From: Nostoc sp.
GTDB taxonomy: Bacteria; Cyanobacteriota; Cyanobacteriia; Cyanobacteriales; Nostocaceae
DNA: 64,000 nt
Assembly: GCA_036918135.1 (NCBI GenBank)
Contig: JBALDB010000053.1
Location: 181,565 to 245,564 of the forward strand
Reading direction: 5' to 3'
Positions within the stretch are counted from its first letter, which is position 1. Every line of letters begins with the position of its first letter. Below the pieces are notes generated by a model. The model did no database searches. It had not been told where the DNA came from and saw only the letters and a list, made by a program, of their open reading frames with translations. The translations under genes and the position numbers were made by a program. Below are positions 1-10,441 of the stretch, one piece after another.

Positions 1-2
1 TT

Positions 3-1373
3 GTTGGTGCTTTTTTAGTAGGTTTGGCGGTAAATGAAGCTGTGGGTGAAGGCCCAGTCAAAGAAAAGGTAGTATTTATTGGCAGTGTGCTGTTCATTCC
101 GATTTTCTTTGTTGACCTTGGTTTGCTGGTCGATTTACCTGCCTTTTTGAATAATTTGAACGCTCTGAAGTTAACGCTGTTGATTATAATCGGTTTGATT
201 GCCAGTAAATTGCTCGCAGCATTGTTGACAAAACTGCTTTACCACTACAACTGGCGAGAAATGCTCACAATGTGGTCGCTATCACTTCCCCAGGTAGGTA
301 CAACCTTAGCAGCAACGTTAGTCGGATATCAGGCTGGATTACTCTCCTCAGAAATATTACACAGCATTATTGTTTTAATGGTTGTCACATCAACCTTGGG
401 TCCGTCGATCACTGGTCGAATAGCTGTTGGTTTGACTGCCTCGCCAGCCGTAGATCCACCACCAACTACTTTAGCAGATCGCGATGTAGCAGAAACAGAC
501 AGTGTGACTATAGTTGTACCTGTCTATAATCCTCAAACTCAGCAGTATTTGATAGAAATGGCGACATTGTTAGCGCGTCAGTCAAATGGTAAAATTGTAC
601 CGCTCGCGATCGCTACTGCTGCTGCTCACATGGATGCACCGCAGTTAGAAGCTTCTGTTGAACGCAGCAAACGCCTGTTAACAAAGGCCACCGCCCAAAG
701 TCGAGTATTAGGTGTAGCCGCAGAATCGGTGTTGAGAATTGATGATGCTTTTGCTCAAGGAATTAGCAGAGCAGCCCGCGAACAAAAAGCTAGTTTAATT
801 GTCATGGGTTGGGGTAAACGTACTGGGTTGCGAGCGCTGTTATTTGGTAATGTCATTGATGGTGTGCTTTGGGCAGCCCATTGTCCGGTAGCAGTAACAC
901 GTTTGGTGGAATCACCAAAAAAAATTCAACGCATCTTAGTGCCAGTAGAAAATTTAACAGCACCAATATTGCAGCCTGTACAATTTGCCCACATGTTAGC
1001 ACAAGCAAATCAGAGCCACATTACTGTACTGAATGTGTGCGAGCGCCGCACTAGTTCCAGTAAAATTGCTTGGAGGCGATCGCATCTCTCTTTATTAGTA
1101 TCTAAATTAGCTCTACCCAATACCCCAGAAATTCAAATTATCGCTCATGAAAATGTTGCTCAAGCAATTTTGCAAGCAGCACGATTATACGATTTAGTAG
1201 TTTTACCCTTTATACGCAATCGTACTAGTCCTGGAGGGTTAGCCATTAGCGATGTCACAACTGAGTTAGCTAGACAACTCACCTGCTCCATTGTCATGCT
1301 TGGAGAACCACAACGCACTCAAACAAATGTAGTTATCTCTAATGTAGCTACTAGCATGACATCTGCTGTATGA
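3..1373 (+). CDS. Cation:proton antiporter (CPA2) with C-terminal USP domains, 5'-partial
   Basis: Frame is open from the window edge (VGAFLVGLAV...). Hydrophobic Na+/H+ exchanger segments (FIPIFFVDLG) are followed by USP-like domains (IVVPVYNP, LIVMGWG, AHCPVAV). Confidence 0.85.
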   Translation, partial: VGAFLVGLAVNEAVGEGPVKEKVVFIGSVLFIPIFFVDLGLLVDLPAFLNNLNALKLTLLIIIGLIASKLLAALLTKLLYHYNWREMLTMWSLSLPQVGTTLAATLVGYQAGLLSSEILHSIIVLMVVTSTLGPSITGRIAVGLTASPAVDPPPTTLADRDVAETDSVTIVVPVYNPQTQQYLIEMATLLARQSNGKIVPLAIATAAAHMDAPQLEASVERSKRLLTKATAQSRVLGVAAESVLRIDDAFAQGISRAAREQKASLIVMGWGKRTGLRALLFGNVIDGVLWAAHCPVAVTRLVESPKKIQRILVPVENLTAPILQPVQFAHMLAQANQSHITVLNVCERRTSSSKIAWRRSHLSLLVSKLALPNTPEIQIIAHENVAQAILQAARLYDLVVLPFIRNRTSPGGLAISDVTTELARQLTCSIVMLGEPQRTQTNVVISNVATSMTSAV

Positions 1374-1486
1374 TACAACTTAGAGTTCAGCCTACTCCAG
1401 TAGAGTCAGGCTGCGATGGCATTAACAAAAATCTCTTCAAGTAAATAACATTGACTGTAGAAGCCTATATCTGTACAGATGTACTA

Positions 1487-1570
1487 TTTAGTTTTAGTAC
1501 CGAAAAAAAGTGTTAACTGTAAAAACACTTTAGTTTTAGTACCGAAAAAAAGTGTTAACTGTAAAAACAC
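1487..1570. repeat. Perfect 42-bp tandem duplication containing an inverted repeat
   Basis: tttagttttagtaccgaaaaaaagtgttaactgtaaaaacac occurs at 1487-1528 and 1529-1570. Confidence 0.95.
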
Positions 1571-1828
1571 TTTAAGTTGTTGAAGATTTGATGAACTTTA
1601 GCTCAAAAGCTAACAATCTTGAGCAATGTTTGTTATTTTGCTAATTAAATTGTTAACAAAGCATATAAAAACATCACAAAACTACAACTGTAGACAAACA
1701 GATGAATTCGAGAATAGTTTTCGATTAAATCTTCTTGGTTTTTCATTCTGTATTTTTATCCCAAAGCTGGGTAACCTAAAGGATAAGTGGAATAGATACT
1801 CAAAATATTTGTAAGTAACCAGGAAACT

Positions 1829-2779
1829 ATGAGAATTTTGGTGACGGGCGGTGCTGGGTTTATTGGTTCCCATCTCATCGACCGACTAATGAACGATGGG
1901 CATGAATTAATATGCTTAGATAATTTTTACACAGGTCATAAACGTAATATACTTAAATGGTTAGGTCATCCGTACTTTGAATTAATCCGCCACGATATAA
2001 CCGAACCAATTCGGTTAGAAGTGGATCAAATTTATCATTTAGCTTGTCCTGCTTCTCCTGTACATTATCAATACAACCCAGTAAAAACCGTTAAAACTAA
2101 CGTGATGGGGACACTAAATATGTTAGGGTTAGCCAAACGTGTCAAAGCTAGATTTTTCTTAGCTTCAACTAGTGAAGTCTACGGAGACCCAGAAGTTCAT
2201 CCTCAAAGTGAAGAATATAGGGGTAGCGTCAATCCCATCGGCATACGTTCGTGTTATGACGAAGGCAAAAGAATCGCTGAAACTCTTGCATTTGATTACT
2301 ATAGGCAAAATAAAGTTGACATTCGAGTTGCTCGGATCTTCAATACTTATGGGCCGAGAATGCTAGAAAATGATGGTCGAGTAGTGAGCAATTTTATAGT
2401 TCAAGCCTTGCGTGGTACTCCTTTAACCGTGTACGGTGATGGTTCGCAAACTCGGAGTTTCTGTTACGTTTCTGATTTAGTAGAAGGATTTATCCGGCTG
2501 ATGAATGGCGACTATGTTGGCCCAATCAATTTAGGTAATCCTGGTGAATACACAATTTTACAATTGGCACAAACTGTGCAGAATATGATTAACCCAGATG
2601 CACAGATTAAATTCGAGCCATTACCTTCGGACGACCCCCGGCGTCGCCAGCCTGATATCACAAAGGCAAAAACTTGGTTAAATTGGGAACCTACCATTCC
2701 TTTGCAAGACGGGTTAAAACTAACAATAGAAGATTTCCGCGATCGCATGAATAGCGATGTCAAGAATTCAGCCTCCTGA
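1829..2779 (+). CDS. uxs: UDP-glucuronate decarboxylase (UDP-xylose synthase), extended SDR
   Basis: Motifs [55 protein letters not shown]. Confidence 0.92.
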   Translation: MRILVTGGAGFIGSHLIDRLMNDGHELICLDNFYTGHKRNILKWLGHPYFELIRHDITEPIRLEVDQIYHLACPASPVHYQYNPVKTVKTNVMGTLNMLGLAKRVKARFFLASTSEVYGDPEVHPQSEEYRGSVNPIGIRSCYDEGKRIAETLAFDYYRQNKVDIRVARIFNTYGPRMLENDGRVVSNFIVQALRGTPLTVYGDGSQTRSFCYVSDLVEGFIRLMNGDYVGPINLGNPGEYTILQLAQTVQNMINPDAQIKFEPLPSDDPRRRQPDITKAKTWLNWEPTIPLQDGLKLTIEDFRDRMNSDVKNSAS

Positions 2780-2922
2780 GCAGTGCCTAGCACCGCTCTC
2801 TACTTTCGTGCAAGCCGATCCTATTTGGTAGCCGGTACTTTAGTGGCTGTGTTTCCTCTCGGTGTATGTGATGTTGACAATTCCTTTTTTAAACTAAAGC
2901 TCAATCAAACGAGGAGTTAAAA

Positions 2923-4314
2923 ATGCGTGTTTGCGTAATTGGTACTGGTTACGTCGGTTTAGTTACAGGTGCTTGCTTAGCTCATATCGGACATGATGTT
3001 ATTTGCGTAGATAATAACGAAGAAAAAGTTAAATTAATGAAGTCTGGGCAGTCTCCAATTTTTGAACCGGGACTCTCCGAAATTATGCAATCTGCTATTC
3101 AAGCAGACAAAATTCATTTCACAAGTGACCTCGCTGCGGGAGTTGCCCACGGAGAAATTCTGTTTATTGCCGTGGGAACACCACCTTTACCCACTGGTGA
3201 AAGTGATACTCGTTATGTTGAAGCTGTAGCCCGTGGTATTGGGGAAAATCTCAACGGTGGTTATAAAGTTATAGTCAATAAATCTACAGTACCCATTGGC
3301 TCAGGTGACTGGGTGCGGATGCTGATTCTGGATGGTGTTGCAGAGCGGCAGAAAACATTGGTACCCGCAGGTGGGGTGCCGAGTGATGAGAAATTACTTG
3401 AGTTTGTATCCGAGTTTGATGTAGTCAGCAATCCAGAGTTTTTGCGCGAAGGTTCCGCAGTTTACGACACCTTCAACCCCGATCGCATTGTACTAGGAGG
3501 CAATAGTCAAAGGGCAGTAGCCTTGATGCAACAATTGTATGCTCCAATTGTGGAACGCAAGTACGCTGAGAATCAATCTTTACCTTCTGTGCCAATTCTG
3601 GCAACAGACCTGAGTTCGGCAGAAATGATTAAATACGCTGCTAATGCCTTTTTAGCCACTAAGATTAGTTTTATTAACGAAGTTGCTAATATTTGCGATC
3701 GCGTCGGTGCTGACGTCACCCAAGTTGCCAAAGGTATTGGTCTAGATTCCCGCATTGGTAACAAATTTCTACAAGCGGGCATTGGTTGGGGTGGTTCCTG
3801 CTTCCCCAAAGATGTCTCTGCCTTGATTCACACTGCTGATGACTATGGCTATGAAGCCCAGCTACTAAAATCCGCTGTTAGTGTCAACGAACGCCAACGT
3901 TTGATTGCTTTGGAAAAACTCCAGCAAGTCTTAAAAATTCTCAAAGGCAAAACTGTTGGACTACTCGGTCTAACTTTTAAGCCTGATACCGATGATATGC
4001 GGGATGCTCCAGCACTCAACTTAATTGAACAGCTAAACCGACTGGGAGCCAAAGTCAAAGCCTACGACCCAATTGTTTCCCAAACAGGTATGCGTCATGG
4101 TCTTTCCGGTGTGCTAGTAGAAACCGATGCCGAAAGACTTGCTGACGGCTGCGATGCTTTGGTACTTGTCACCGAATGGCAGCAGTTCAGCACTCTTGAC
4201 TATGTGAAGATGGCAAAATTGATGGCCCACCCCGTTCTCATCGACGGTCGTAACTTCCTTGACCCTGAAGTCATGATCCGGGCTGGATTCCAGTATGTAG
4301 GTGTGGGAAGATAG
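2923..4314 (+). CDS. ugd: UDP-glucose 6-dehydrogenase
   Basis: Motifs GTGYVGL, KSTVPIG, SNPEFLREG, GWGGSCFPKD, FKPDTDDMRD. RBS gaggag upstream. Confidence 0.95.
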   Translation: MRVCVIGTGYVGLVTGACLAHIGHDVICVDNNEEKVKLMKSGQSPIFEPGLSEIMQSAIQADKIHFTSDLAAGVAHGEILFIAVGTPPLPTGESDTRYVEAVARGIGENLNGGYKVIVNKSTVPIGSGDWVRMLILDGVAERQKTLVPAGGVPSDEKLLEFVSEFDVVSNPEFLREGSAVYDTFNPDRIVLGGNSQRAVALMQQLYAPIVERKYAENQSLPSVPILATDLSSAEMIKYAANAFLATKISFINEVANICDRVGADVTQVAKGIGLDSRIGNKFLQAGIGWGGSCFPKDVSALIHTADDYGYEAQLLKSAVSVNERQRLIALEKLQQVLKILKGKTVGLLGLTFKPDTDDMRDAPALNLIEQLNRLGAKVKAYDPIVSQTGMRHGLSGVLVETDAERLADGCDALVLVTEWQQFSTLDYVKMAKLMAHPVLIDGRNFLDPEVMIRAGFQYVGVGR

Positions 4315-4401
4315 AGACCCAACAGCGATTAATTATGGATAAGAATTGATTACAATTCATAATCCATAATTTCTAACTCAGTTTAAAGTTTAAAGATTTA
4401 C

Positions 4402-4431
4402 AATACCGCCTAAATCGTTTTAGGCGGTATT
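4402..4431. terminator. Probable bidirectional intrinsic terminator
   Basis: Hairpin aataccgcctaaa-tcgt-tttaggcggtatt between convergent genes. Confidence 0.7.
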
Positions 4432-4545
4432 TAATTTGTTTTTATTGAAACTTTTTTAGGCTTTACGTGAATAAGCAAAACTTTAGTTTGGATTTACTCT
4501 TTCTGAACGGCTTCGCCAAACGTGTCTTTGCATAAGATTATCAGA

Positions 4546-5340
4546 TTAAGAGCTACGTGGAATTCGCTCAATTTCAGCATATCCACTGAAAATCAGCTTT
4601 TGACCTTCAGTTTCTAAACGATTAAGCCGCATTTTTACCCCATCAAGGTCAAAACGATCCAAATCGACCATATTATCTAAAATTTCTACCAGGGTTACAC
4701 TCAACGTTTGAGAAAGTTCTCTTTGTGCTTCTGGCACTTGGTCGAGTTCGATTTTCGGGTCTTTGAAAGAAACTCGCCGCCGCCTTTCAATGCCTATGGT
4801 TAAGGTCATAGTTAGGGGCACAAGTTCGCCATTATTTAAATCTGCCTTTGCTTTGAGCTGTAAGCGATTTTCAGGCAATAGCTGTACCTGGACTTCTGTA
4901 AAAGAGACTGGTTCGCCACCAGATAATGCTGTCAATGATGGTACAGTGAGGTAAAGCAGGCGCTTTTTCACTAGTTCTGCATTAAAGGCGTGGTTGATGC
5001 CTGCCTCTGATAAGATTACTTGAGCGATCGCTTGAGTCGGTTGCTTGAGATTGAGTTTGCCGCTTAAAACCGAGCCAAAGTCAATAGCCACTGCATCGGT
5101 TTCAAATGACATCTCCTCCACCGCAAAATCTTTCCGAATCACCAGTCCACGACCGCTCATTTTGAAGCTATCAATGCTGCCTTGCAACAGTTTGCTTGAG
5201 GGATAGCAGCGCACAAAGACTTCTACTAACTCGCTTTGGGTAAACAAGTGGCGAATTGTTTGGCTGGCGACTGTATTGAGCATTTGCTCTCCCCAATCTG
5301 TGCCTTTAGGATTTTGTAAACCAGTAAGTCCGCCGAACAT
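4546..5340 (-). CDS. DUF2993 / LmeA-like protein
   Basis: Conserved cyanobacterial sequence (DWGEQMLN, LLQGSIDSFKMSGRGL, VDLDRFDLDG). ATG at 5340 preferred as start. Confidence 0.75.
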   Translation of the reverse strand: MFGGLTGLQNPKGTDWGEQMLNTVASQTIRHLFTQSELVEVFVRCYPSSKLLQGSIDSFKMSGRGLVIRKDFAVEEMSFETDAVAIDFGSVLSGKLNLKQPTQAIAQVILSEAGINHAFNAELVKKRLLYLTVPSLTALSGGEPVSFTEVQVQLLPENRLQLKAKADLNNGELVPLTMTLTIGIERRRRVSFKDPKIELDQVPEAQRELSQTLSVTLVEILDNMVDLDRFDLDGVKMRLNRLETEGQKLIFSGYAEIERIPRSS

Positions 5341-5768
5341 GTGGTTTTGGGTCTCTAGAAGTTCTTTGTACTCTTGTAACAAATTGTGAAGAATACAGCA
5401 AGCGATCCCACGATTGATTGTGCTGATGGATCGGTATAAGATGGCTGATGGTTGCTAATTTAATGTATTAAATATTACTTAATTGGACAAAGTTAGTTAT
5501 TATTGCAGATAAAAGGCTTAGTGAAAAGAAAATATGTGGATGAAAAACTTTAGAAATTAGACTAAAGAATCTCTAAGTTGAAGGGCAAATGGCACTTACT
5601 TAAGTAAAAGTTGCTGCCTAGCTCCTCAACTTCTTCAAGAAGTCGGCGAGTCTAAATCTAGCTTAAAACAAGTGACATTCATCCCTAAGTTAGAAAATCT
5701 GCCCAATGCTGCTACTTTGGATAAAGCAATGCAACAGGGGCAGATACTTACGTTTCAAGTCTAGAGTC

Positions 5769-7778
5769 TTACTCTAAAAAATTAGGCTTGGGAGTAGTGA
5801 CACCATTTCTACCAATGGCTGGTATTTCCACTAGCTGGTCTGTAGCAGTAGGAGTTCCATTAGTATTGCCACTCGGAGTCACTGAAAATTGATTGCCGGG
5901 ATGTCCATTAGGGATGAACAATTGAGGATGGTCAAAGGGTGCTTTTTCTAGGAGGACTCGTTCATCGGTGAGTCCGGTTCTTAAGAAAGCAACCAAATCA
6001 GCTTTTTTAGCATCGGTTAAGTTCAAAGGTGGTACACCAGATCCACCGTCATCACCTCGACCACGATTGTAAAAGTCTACCACTTGCTCTAGAGTTAACT
6101 TCCCACCGTTATGCATATATGGAGCTGTCAAGGCGATGTTACGGAGGGTAGGTGCTTTGAAAAGTGATGTGGTAGTGTTTCCGGCTCCTGGATCGTCTGA
6201 GGCAGGTCTGACACCGTAGTTAGGGAAGAAGCCGTTAGTTGGATTAGTAATGAGCGGATCGGTTGAATCAGTTGAAGCTACTCCTACGGTTCTTCTCACG
6301 GAAGCTCTAGTGAATTCTGGAATCGTATGGCAGGTATTACAATTACCGCCACCATTAGCCGTATTATTGACAAACACACTCAGACCGCTTTTTTCTCGAT
6401 CGGTGAGAGCAGTAGTATTTCCCGCTTGGAATTTATCAAAAGGTGTTTGGTCAGACACAAGAGTAGAGATATACTTTTGCATTGCTAACCCAGCGAATAA
6501 AGAGAAGTTCCAATCTCTGAGGGAAAACTGATTTGCAGGTAAAGTTTGTCCTTCCTCACTCTCATTACTATCATCATTTTTGGGGAGAACTGTTGGTGTT
6601 CCATTACTGTCAACTTGAATAATTGACTTTGACTTCCACCATTGCCTCTTAAAGGCTTGCCGAATTAAGCGATCGTAGGATGCGACATCCAGACCTGGTT
6701 TAGGGTATCGACTGTTAGAGCCTAAAACACTGTCTTGCTCATGTACAAGTTGTTTACCTAAAGGTCTGAGGCTTTTGATCTGCTGACCTTTTTTCCGCAG
6801 AAACTTAGCACCAACTTGAGGTAAAGTACGACCACTAGCAGATACCTCAAATGGACTCAATAGTGGTCCGGTTACTAGGGAAGCTAGAGAGGAATTGTTG
6901 AGCGAAACGGAAACAGCAGTTAGTTGGTTTGCTTTTGTAGCTATGTAAACTTTAGCATTAAAGTCTGCTGCTCCTTTTATATTCACTCCATTGAAGGTTT
7001 CCTTAGCACGACCATCCCAAAACTGGAGTTTGTTGAATATTGCATTAATTACCGTTGGGGTATTACGCGGCTCAACTCGACGCACATTAATTCCATTGAC
7101 TTGAAAGCCGTCTGGGTCTGGCTCAGATGTAGTCGAATCCACTGCTTGACCTGGAATAGTGTTATTCAAAACACTGTTAAACACACCTTGAGATGAGGCA
7201 ACATCGTTAGTGTCAGAAATAACTGTACTGGTTCGGTCATTAGGATCTGCCAGTTTATGAAATGGAAAATCTGCCGCCGTGAGTTGATAGTTTGCACCAC
7301 CACCTACCTGGAAAGTTATATCTTTCAGTGATGCCAAAAAACCAGGATTGATTTGATTTTTTGATCTGTTATCAACTCCCGCATGAAAGTGACAAGTTGC
7401 ACAGGACTGAACGCCGTCACTACCAAGCTGCATATCCCAGAATAGGGATTTTCCTAACTTGAGTAGGGCTGTTTGGTCTTGAACAAAGTCTCCGAGATTG
7501 CTTGGTTGAGCTACTGCTGTCAGAAGTGGTGGGGTCGCCGGGGTAGGGTCTCCAGGTGTAACAGGTGGAAGACTGGTTATGTTATTTAAGGGAGCCGGGT
7601 TCGGTGTTACTTGGGCGGATACAATACCTCCACCAACACTCATCAGAGAAACTATGACAAAAATTGCCACAGAGCGTGAATATCTTGATACTATTTTGGT
7701 TTTAAATCTTAAATAAATCCAAAAAAGCATCAAAATTAGCACTAGTAACATTGCTAATGCGCCATTTGACGGTATCAT
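5769..7778 (-). CDS. Exported di-heme cytochrome c peroxidase (CcP/MauG superfamily)
   Basis: Two CXXCH motifs (CATCH, CNTCH), LGKSLFWD, RNTPTVINA, QFWDGRA, FKAPTLRNIALTAPYMHNG, and a hydrophobic N-terminus. Exact start uncertain. Confidence 0.85.
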   Translation of the reverse strand: MIPSNGALAMLLVLILMLFWIYLRFKTKIVSRYSRSVAIFVIVSLMSVGGGIVSAQVTPNPAPLNNITSLPPVTPGDPTPATPPLLTAVAQPSNLGDFVQDQTALLKLGKSLFWDMQLGSDGVQSCATCHFHAGVDNRSKNQINPGFLASLKDITFQVGGGANYQLTAADFPFHKLADPNDRTSTVISDTNDVASSQGVFNSVLNNTIPGQAVDSTTSEPDPDGFQVNGINVRRVEPRNTPTVINAIFNKLQFWDGRAKETFNGVNIKGAADFNAKVYIATKANQLTAVSVSLNNSSLASLVTGPLLSPFEVSASGRTLPQVGAKFLRKKGQQIKSLRPLGKQLVHEQDSVLGSNSRYPKPGLDVASYDRLIRQAFKRQWWKSKSIIQVDSNGTPTVLPKNDDSNESEEGQTLPANQFSLRDWNFSLFAGLAMQKYISTLVSDQTPFDKFQAGNTTALTDREKSGLSVFVNNTANGGGNCNTCHTIPEFTRASVRRTVGVASTDSTDPLITNPTNGFFPNYGVRPASDDPGAGNTTTSLFKAPTLRNIALTAPYMHNGGKLTLEQVVDFYNRGRGDDGGSGVPPLNLTDAKKADLVAFLRTGLTDERVLLEKAPFDHPQLFIPNGHPGNQFSVTPSGNTNGTPTATDQLVEIPAIGRNGVTTPKPNFLE

Positions 7779-7951
7779 TAAGACCTCGCTATACGTGCGG
7801 GAATCATGACGTTGAGGCCATTCGTGATAGATTAAAACAAAATTTATTTTGTCAAAGTATTTACGCTGTAAATTAGCTCAAAATTGAGGTATCAAATTCA
7901 ATTTGACACAGAATTTTGAAGACAAGAATGAGTGATGCTTTTTCAGATGAC

Positions 7952-7980
7952 GCATAGGCGTAGCCAGCCTTAGGCACTGC
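7952..7980 (-). repeat. Degenerate SDR5-like small dispersed repeat
   Basis: Reverse complement reads gcagt-gcctaaggctggctacgccta-tgc, resembling the copy at 8686. Confidence 0.55.
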
Positions 7981-8316
7981 TAACCCAAAAATTGTGTTTT
8001 CCAATCTCATTTTTGCCAAACTTTTAAGCACTATTACTTGTTGACAAATTGATTATGCTCTTAATCTTTCATGAACAGGTTGAGGCTGACTTCACGAAAA
8101 CTCAGCCTTCATTTATGTAGTACTAAACTACTAATGGGAGATTGTAACTATCTAGAAAATACTAAGCAGCATCGAGCTGATTCTGTAGGCATTTCGAGAA
8201 CAAAGAAGTTTTTCCTCGCAAAGGAGATTTCGTTGTTTAAACGCAATACCTGTGAATGAAACTGTACGAAGAATAAACTAATCAGGTAAAGATGATAAAA
8301 AATATAATATTGTACT

Positions 8317-8371
8317 TATTAACAAGCTATTAACAAGATATTGAGAAGCTATTAACAAGATATTGATAAGT
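8317..8371. repeat. Five 11-bp direct repeats (TATTAACAAGN consensus)
   Basis: tattaacaagc/tattaacaaga/tattgagaagc/tattaacaaga/tattgataagt. Confidence 0.85.
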
Positions 8372-8685
8372 TAATAACTTGTAACCCACATTGTGCAGGT
8401 TAGTTTTCAAATCTTGGTATTTTTTATAAACCTACTATAATAATGGTTTCAGACATTTAACCTCTAGAAAGTACTCTGCGATCGCAAAGAAAACAAGTAT
8501 CAAAATTCCTTTTATTGATAATAATGTCAATAAAAGCGATTAACAGTATTATTTATTGGCTGTATCGTCTCAGCTTTGCCGATATAACAGCTTGGAGCAA
8601 GCCACAAGTTGCACCCAATAGTGAAGACAAAGAAATGATGAGGTATTATAGTCAAACAAGTTATCCTCGACTGAACATAGAGCCA

Positions 8686-8714
8686 GCGATGCCTACGGCG
8701 GGCTATGCCTACGC
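8686..8714 (+). repeat. SDR5-type 21-nt element inserted in a HIP1 site
   Basis: GCGAT + gcctacggcgggctatgccta + CGC. Confidence 0.75.
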
Positions 8715-8720
8715 TCTAAT

Positions 8721-8814
8721 TTATAACCGTAGTCACACTCTTTAGGACATAAGGATGGGGTGAATGCTAGAGTTAGCAATAGTTTTACCTCCTGCCTCCT
8801 GCCTCCTGTTATAA
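8721..8814 (+). mobile_element. MITE-like dispersed repeat, copy 1 (related to 47801-47961)
   Basis: Shares cgtagtcacac.ctttaggacataa...aatagttttacctcctgcctcctg with the 47801 copy. Ends are ttataac...gttataa. Confidence 0.6.
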
Positions 8815-9027
8815 CTTGCTTTTTAAACAAGCCCGTAAGCATCGCTGGCTAAAAAATTGTCTTCCAATTCCGATTTATCGCACACTTTAAGCATTATTGC
8901 TTATTGACAAATGGTTAATAACCTAAAACTAATTTTCAGGTATTTAGACCATGATTGATACGGACAGTAGGAGTGGGGAATAGTGTAGTTGAATAACTTG
9001 AAAAGCGCTGTAAACTCTCACCAATGC

Positions 9028-10278
9028 CTACCTAGTCAACAACTTCCGCCGCAAATTATCTAAGGCTGCATTGGCACTGACATGACGAATTAAAGCTCGG
9101 CCTCGCACTGTACCAAACTGATACTCAAAACTTGCCACTTCATCGTTTGGCCCAGCTAAACCAATGTAAACTAAACCCACCGACTTAGTATCTGTCCCTC
9201 CAGTTGGGCCAGCAATACCAGTAATACTCAATCCCCAAGTTGTTCCAAGGCGGGTTTTGACTCCAATTGCCATTTGCTCGGCAACAGTAGCGCTTACCGC
9301 CCCAAATTTATCTAAATCTTCTGGGTTAACTCCCAGCAGTCCAACCTTCACCGAATTGTCATAAGAAATTACTCCACCCCAAAAGTAATCAGAACTCCCA
9401 GAAATCTCAGTCAACATTTGTCCCAGTCCGCCACCTGTGCAAGATTCTGCCACTGAAAGCGTTTCTTTTGATGCACGTAACAACTGACCAACAACAAAAG
9501 CAAGGGTATCATCATTGATACCGTAAAAATCCAGTCCGGCAATTTCTTTAATTTGTTTCTCAATGGGTGCAATTAGGGCTTCTGCTGCTGCTTGTGAAGT
9601 TGCTTTAGCAGAAACTCGCAATCTTACTTCCCCTTTACCTGCATAAGGAGCTACGGTAGGATTTGGCAAATTTAAATAAGAAGCAACCTTTTCTGCTAAA
9701 GCAGATTCACCAATACCCCAAAACTTTAAACTCCGGCTGTAAATAATTTCCTTACCCCAACCTTGACTTTTGAGAAATGGCACAGCTGTTTCTTCCCACA
9801 TTGGGTGCATTTCACTGGGAACGCCGGGAAAGGTAAAAATAGTTATTTTAGGACGGGGTTGCCAGATGATACCGGGTGCTGTTCCAGTCGGGTTGGGTAG
9901 AATTTCTGCACCTTGGGGAATCAAAGCCTGCTTGCGGTTACTTGGTGACATAACCCGACCGCGTTGAGCAAATTTTTGGGTTATGTCTTCGATGATGTCA
10001 GAGCGTTCTACCAACGGAACTTGAAAAAAATTGGCGATTGTTTCGCAGGTGAGGTCATCTGGTGTCGGGCCGAGTCCACCAGTGAAAATAAGAATTTGCG
10101 CTCTGGAAATGGCAATTTCTATAACTTGCTTCAAACGTTCTGGATTATCCCCAACCACTGTTTGATAGTAGTGGGGGATACCTAGCTGGGCTAATTGTTG
10201 CGCCAAAAATTGAGCATTGCCGTTAAGGATATCTCCCAACAGCAGTTCAGTACCAACACAAATAATTTCTGCACTCAT
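9028..10278 (-). CDS. cinA: Competence/damage-inducible protein CinA (NMN deamidase domain)
   Basis: MSAEIICVGTELLLG, TGGLGPTPDDLT, VAESCTGG, ITGIAGP. The upstream ORF extension is translated repeat DNA. Confidence 0.93.
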   Translation of the reverse strand: MSAEIICVGTELLLGDILNGNAQFLAQQLAQLGIPHYYQTVVGDNPERLKQVIEIAISRAQILIFTGGLGPTPDDLTCETIANFFQVPLVERSDIIEDITQKFAQRGRVMSPSNRKQALIPQGAEILPNPTGTAPGIIWQPRPKITIFTFPGVPSEMHPMWEETAVPFLKSQGWGKEIIYSRSLKFWGIGESALAEKVASYLNLPNPTVAPYAGKGEVRLRVSAKATSQAAAEALIAPIEKQIKEIAGLDFYGINDDTLAFVVGQLLRASKETLSVAESCTGGGLGQMLTEISGSSDYFWGGVISYDNSVKVGLLGVNPEDLDKFGAVSATVAEQMAIGVKTRLGTTWGLSITGIAGPTGGTDTKSVGLVYIGLAGPNDEVASFEYQFGTVRGRALIRHVSANAALDNLRRKLLTR

Positions 10279-10288
10279 TGAATTCGGA

Positions 10289-10425
10289 AGGGAGTAGGGA
10301 GTAGGGAGTGGGGAGTGGGGGCAAATGGGGAGATGGGGAGTGTGGGAAGTGTGGGGAGTGTGGGGAGTGTGGGGGGGAAAGATTTCTTCCCCATCCTCCC
10401 ACACCTCCCACACCTCCCACACTCC
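10289..10425. repeat. STRR-type 7-mer and 9-mer tandem repeats in inverted arrangement
   Basis: gggagta/gggagtg and gtgtgggga arrays, followed by complementary cccacacct arrays. Confidence 0.8.
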
Positions 10426-10441
10426 CTGTTTGCCCCATGTC

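Noticed and set aside
8071..8745. Small ORFs 8071-8259 and 8515-8745
   Set aside because: No motifs; the second runs through SDR5 and MITE repeats.
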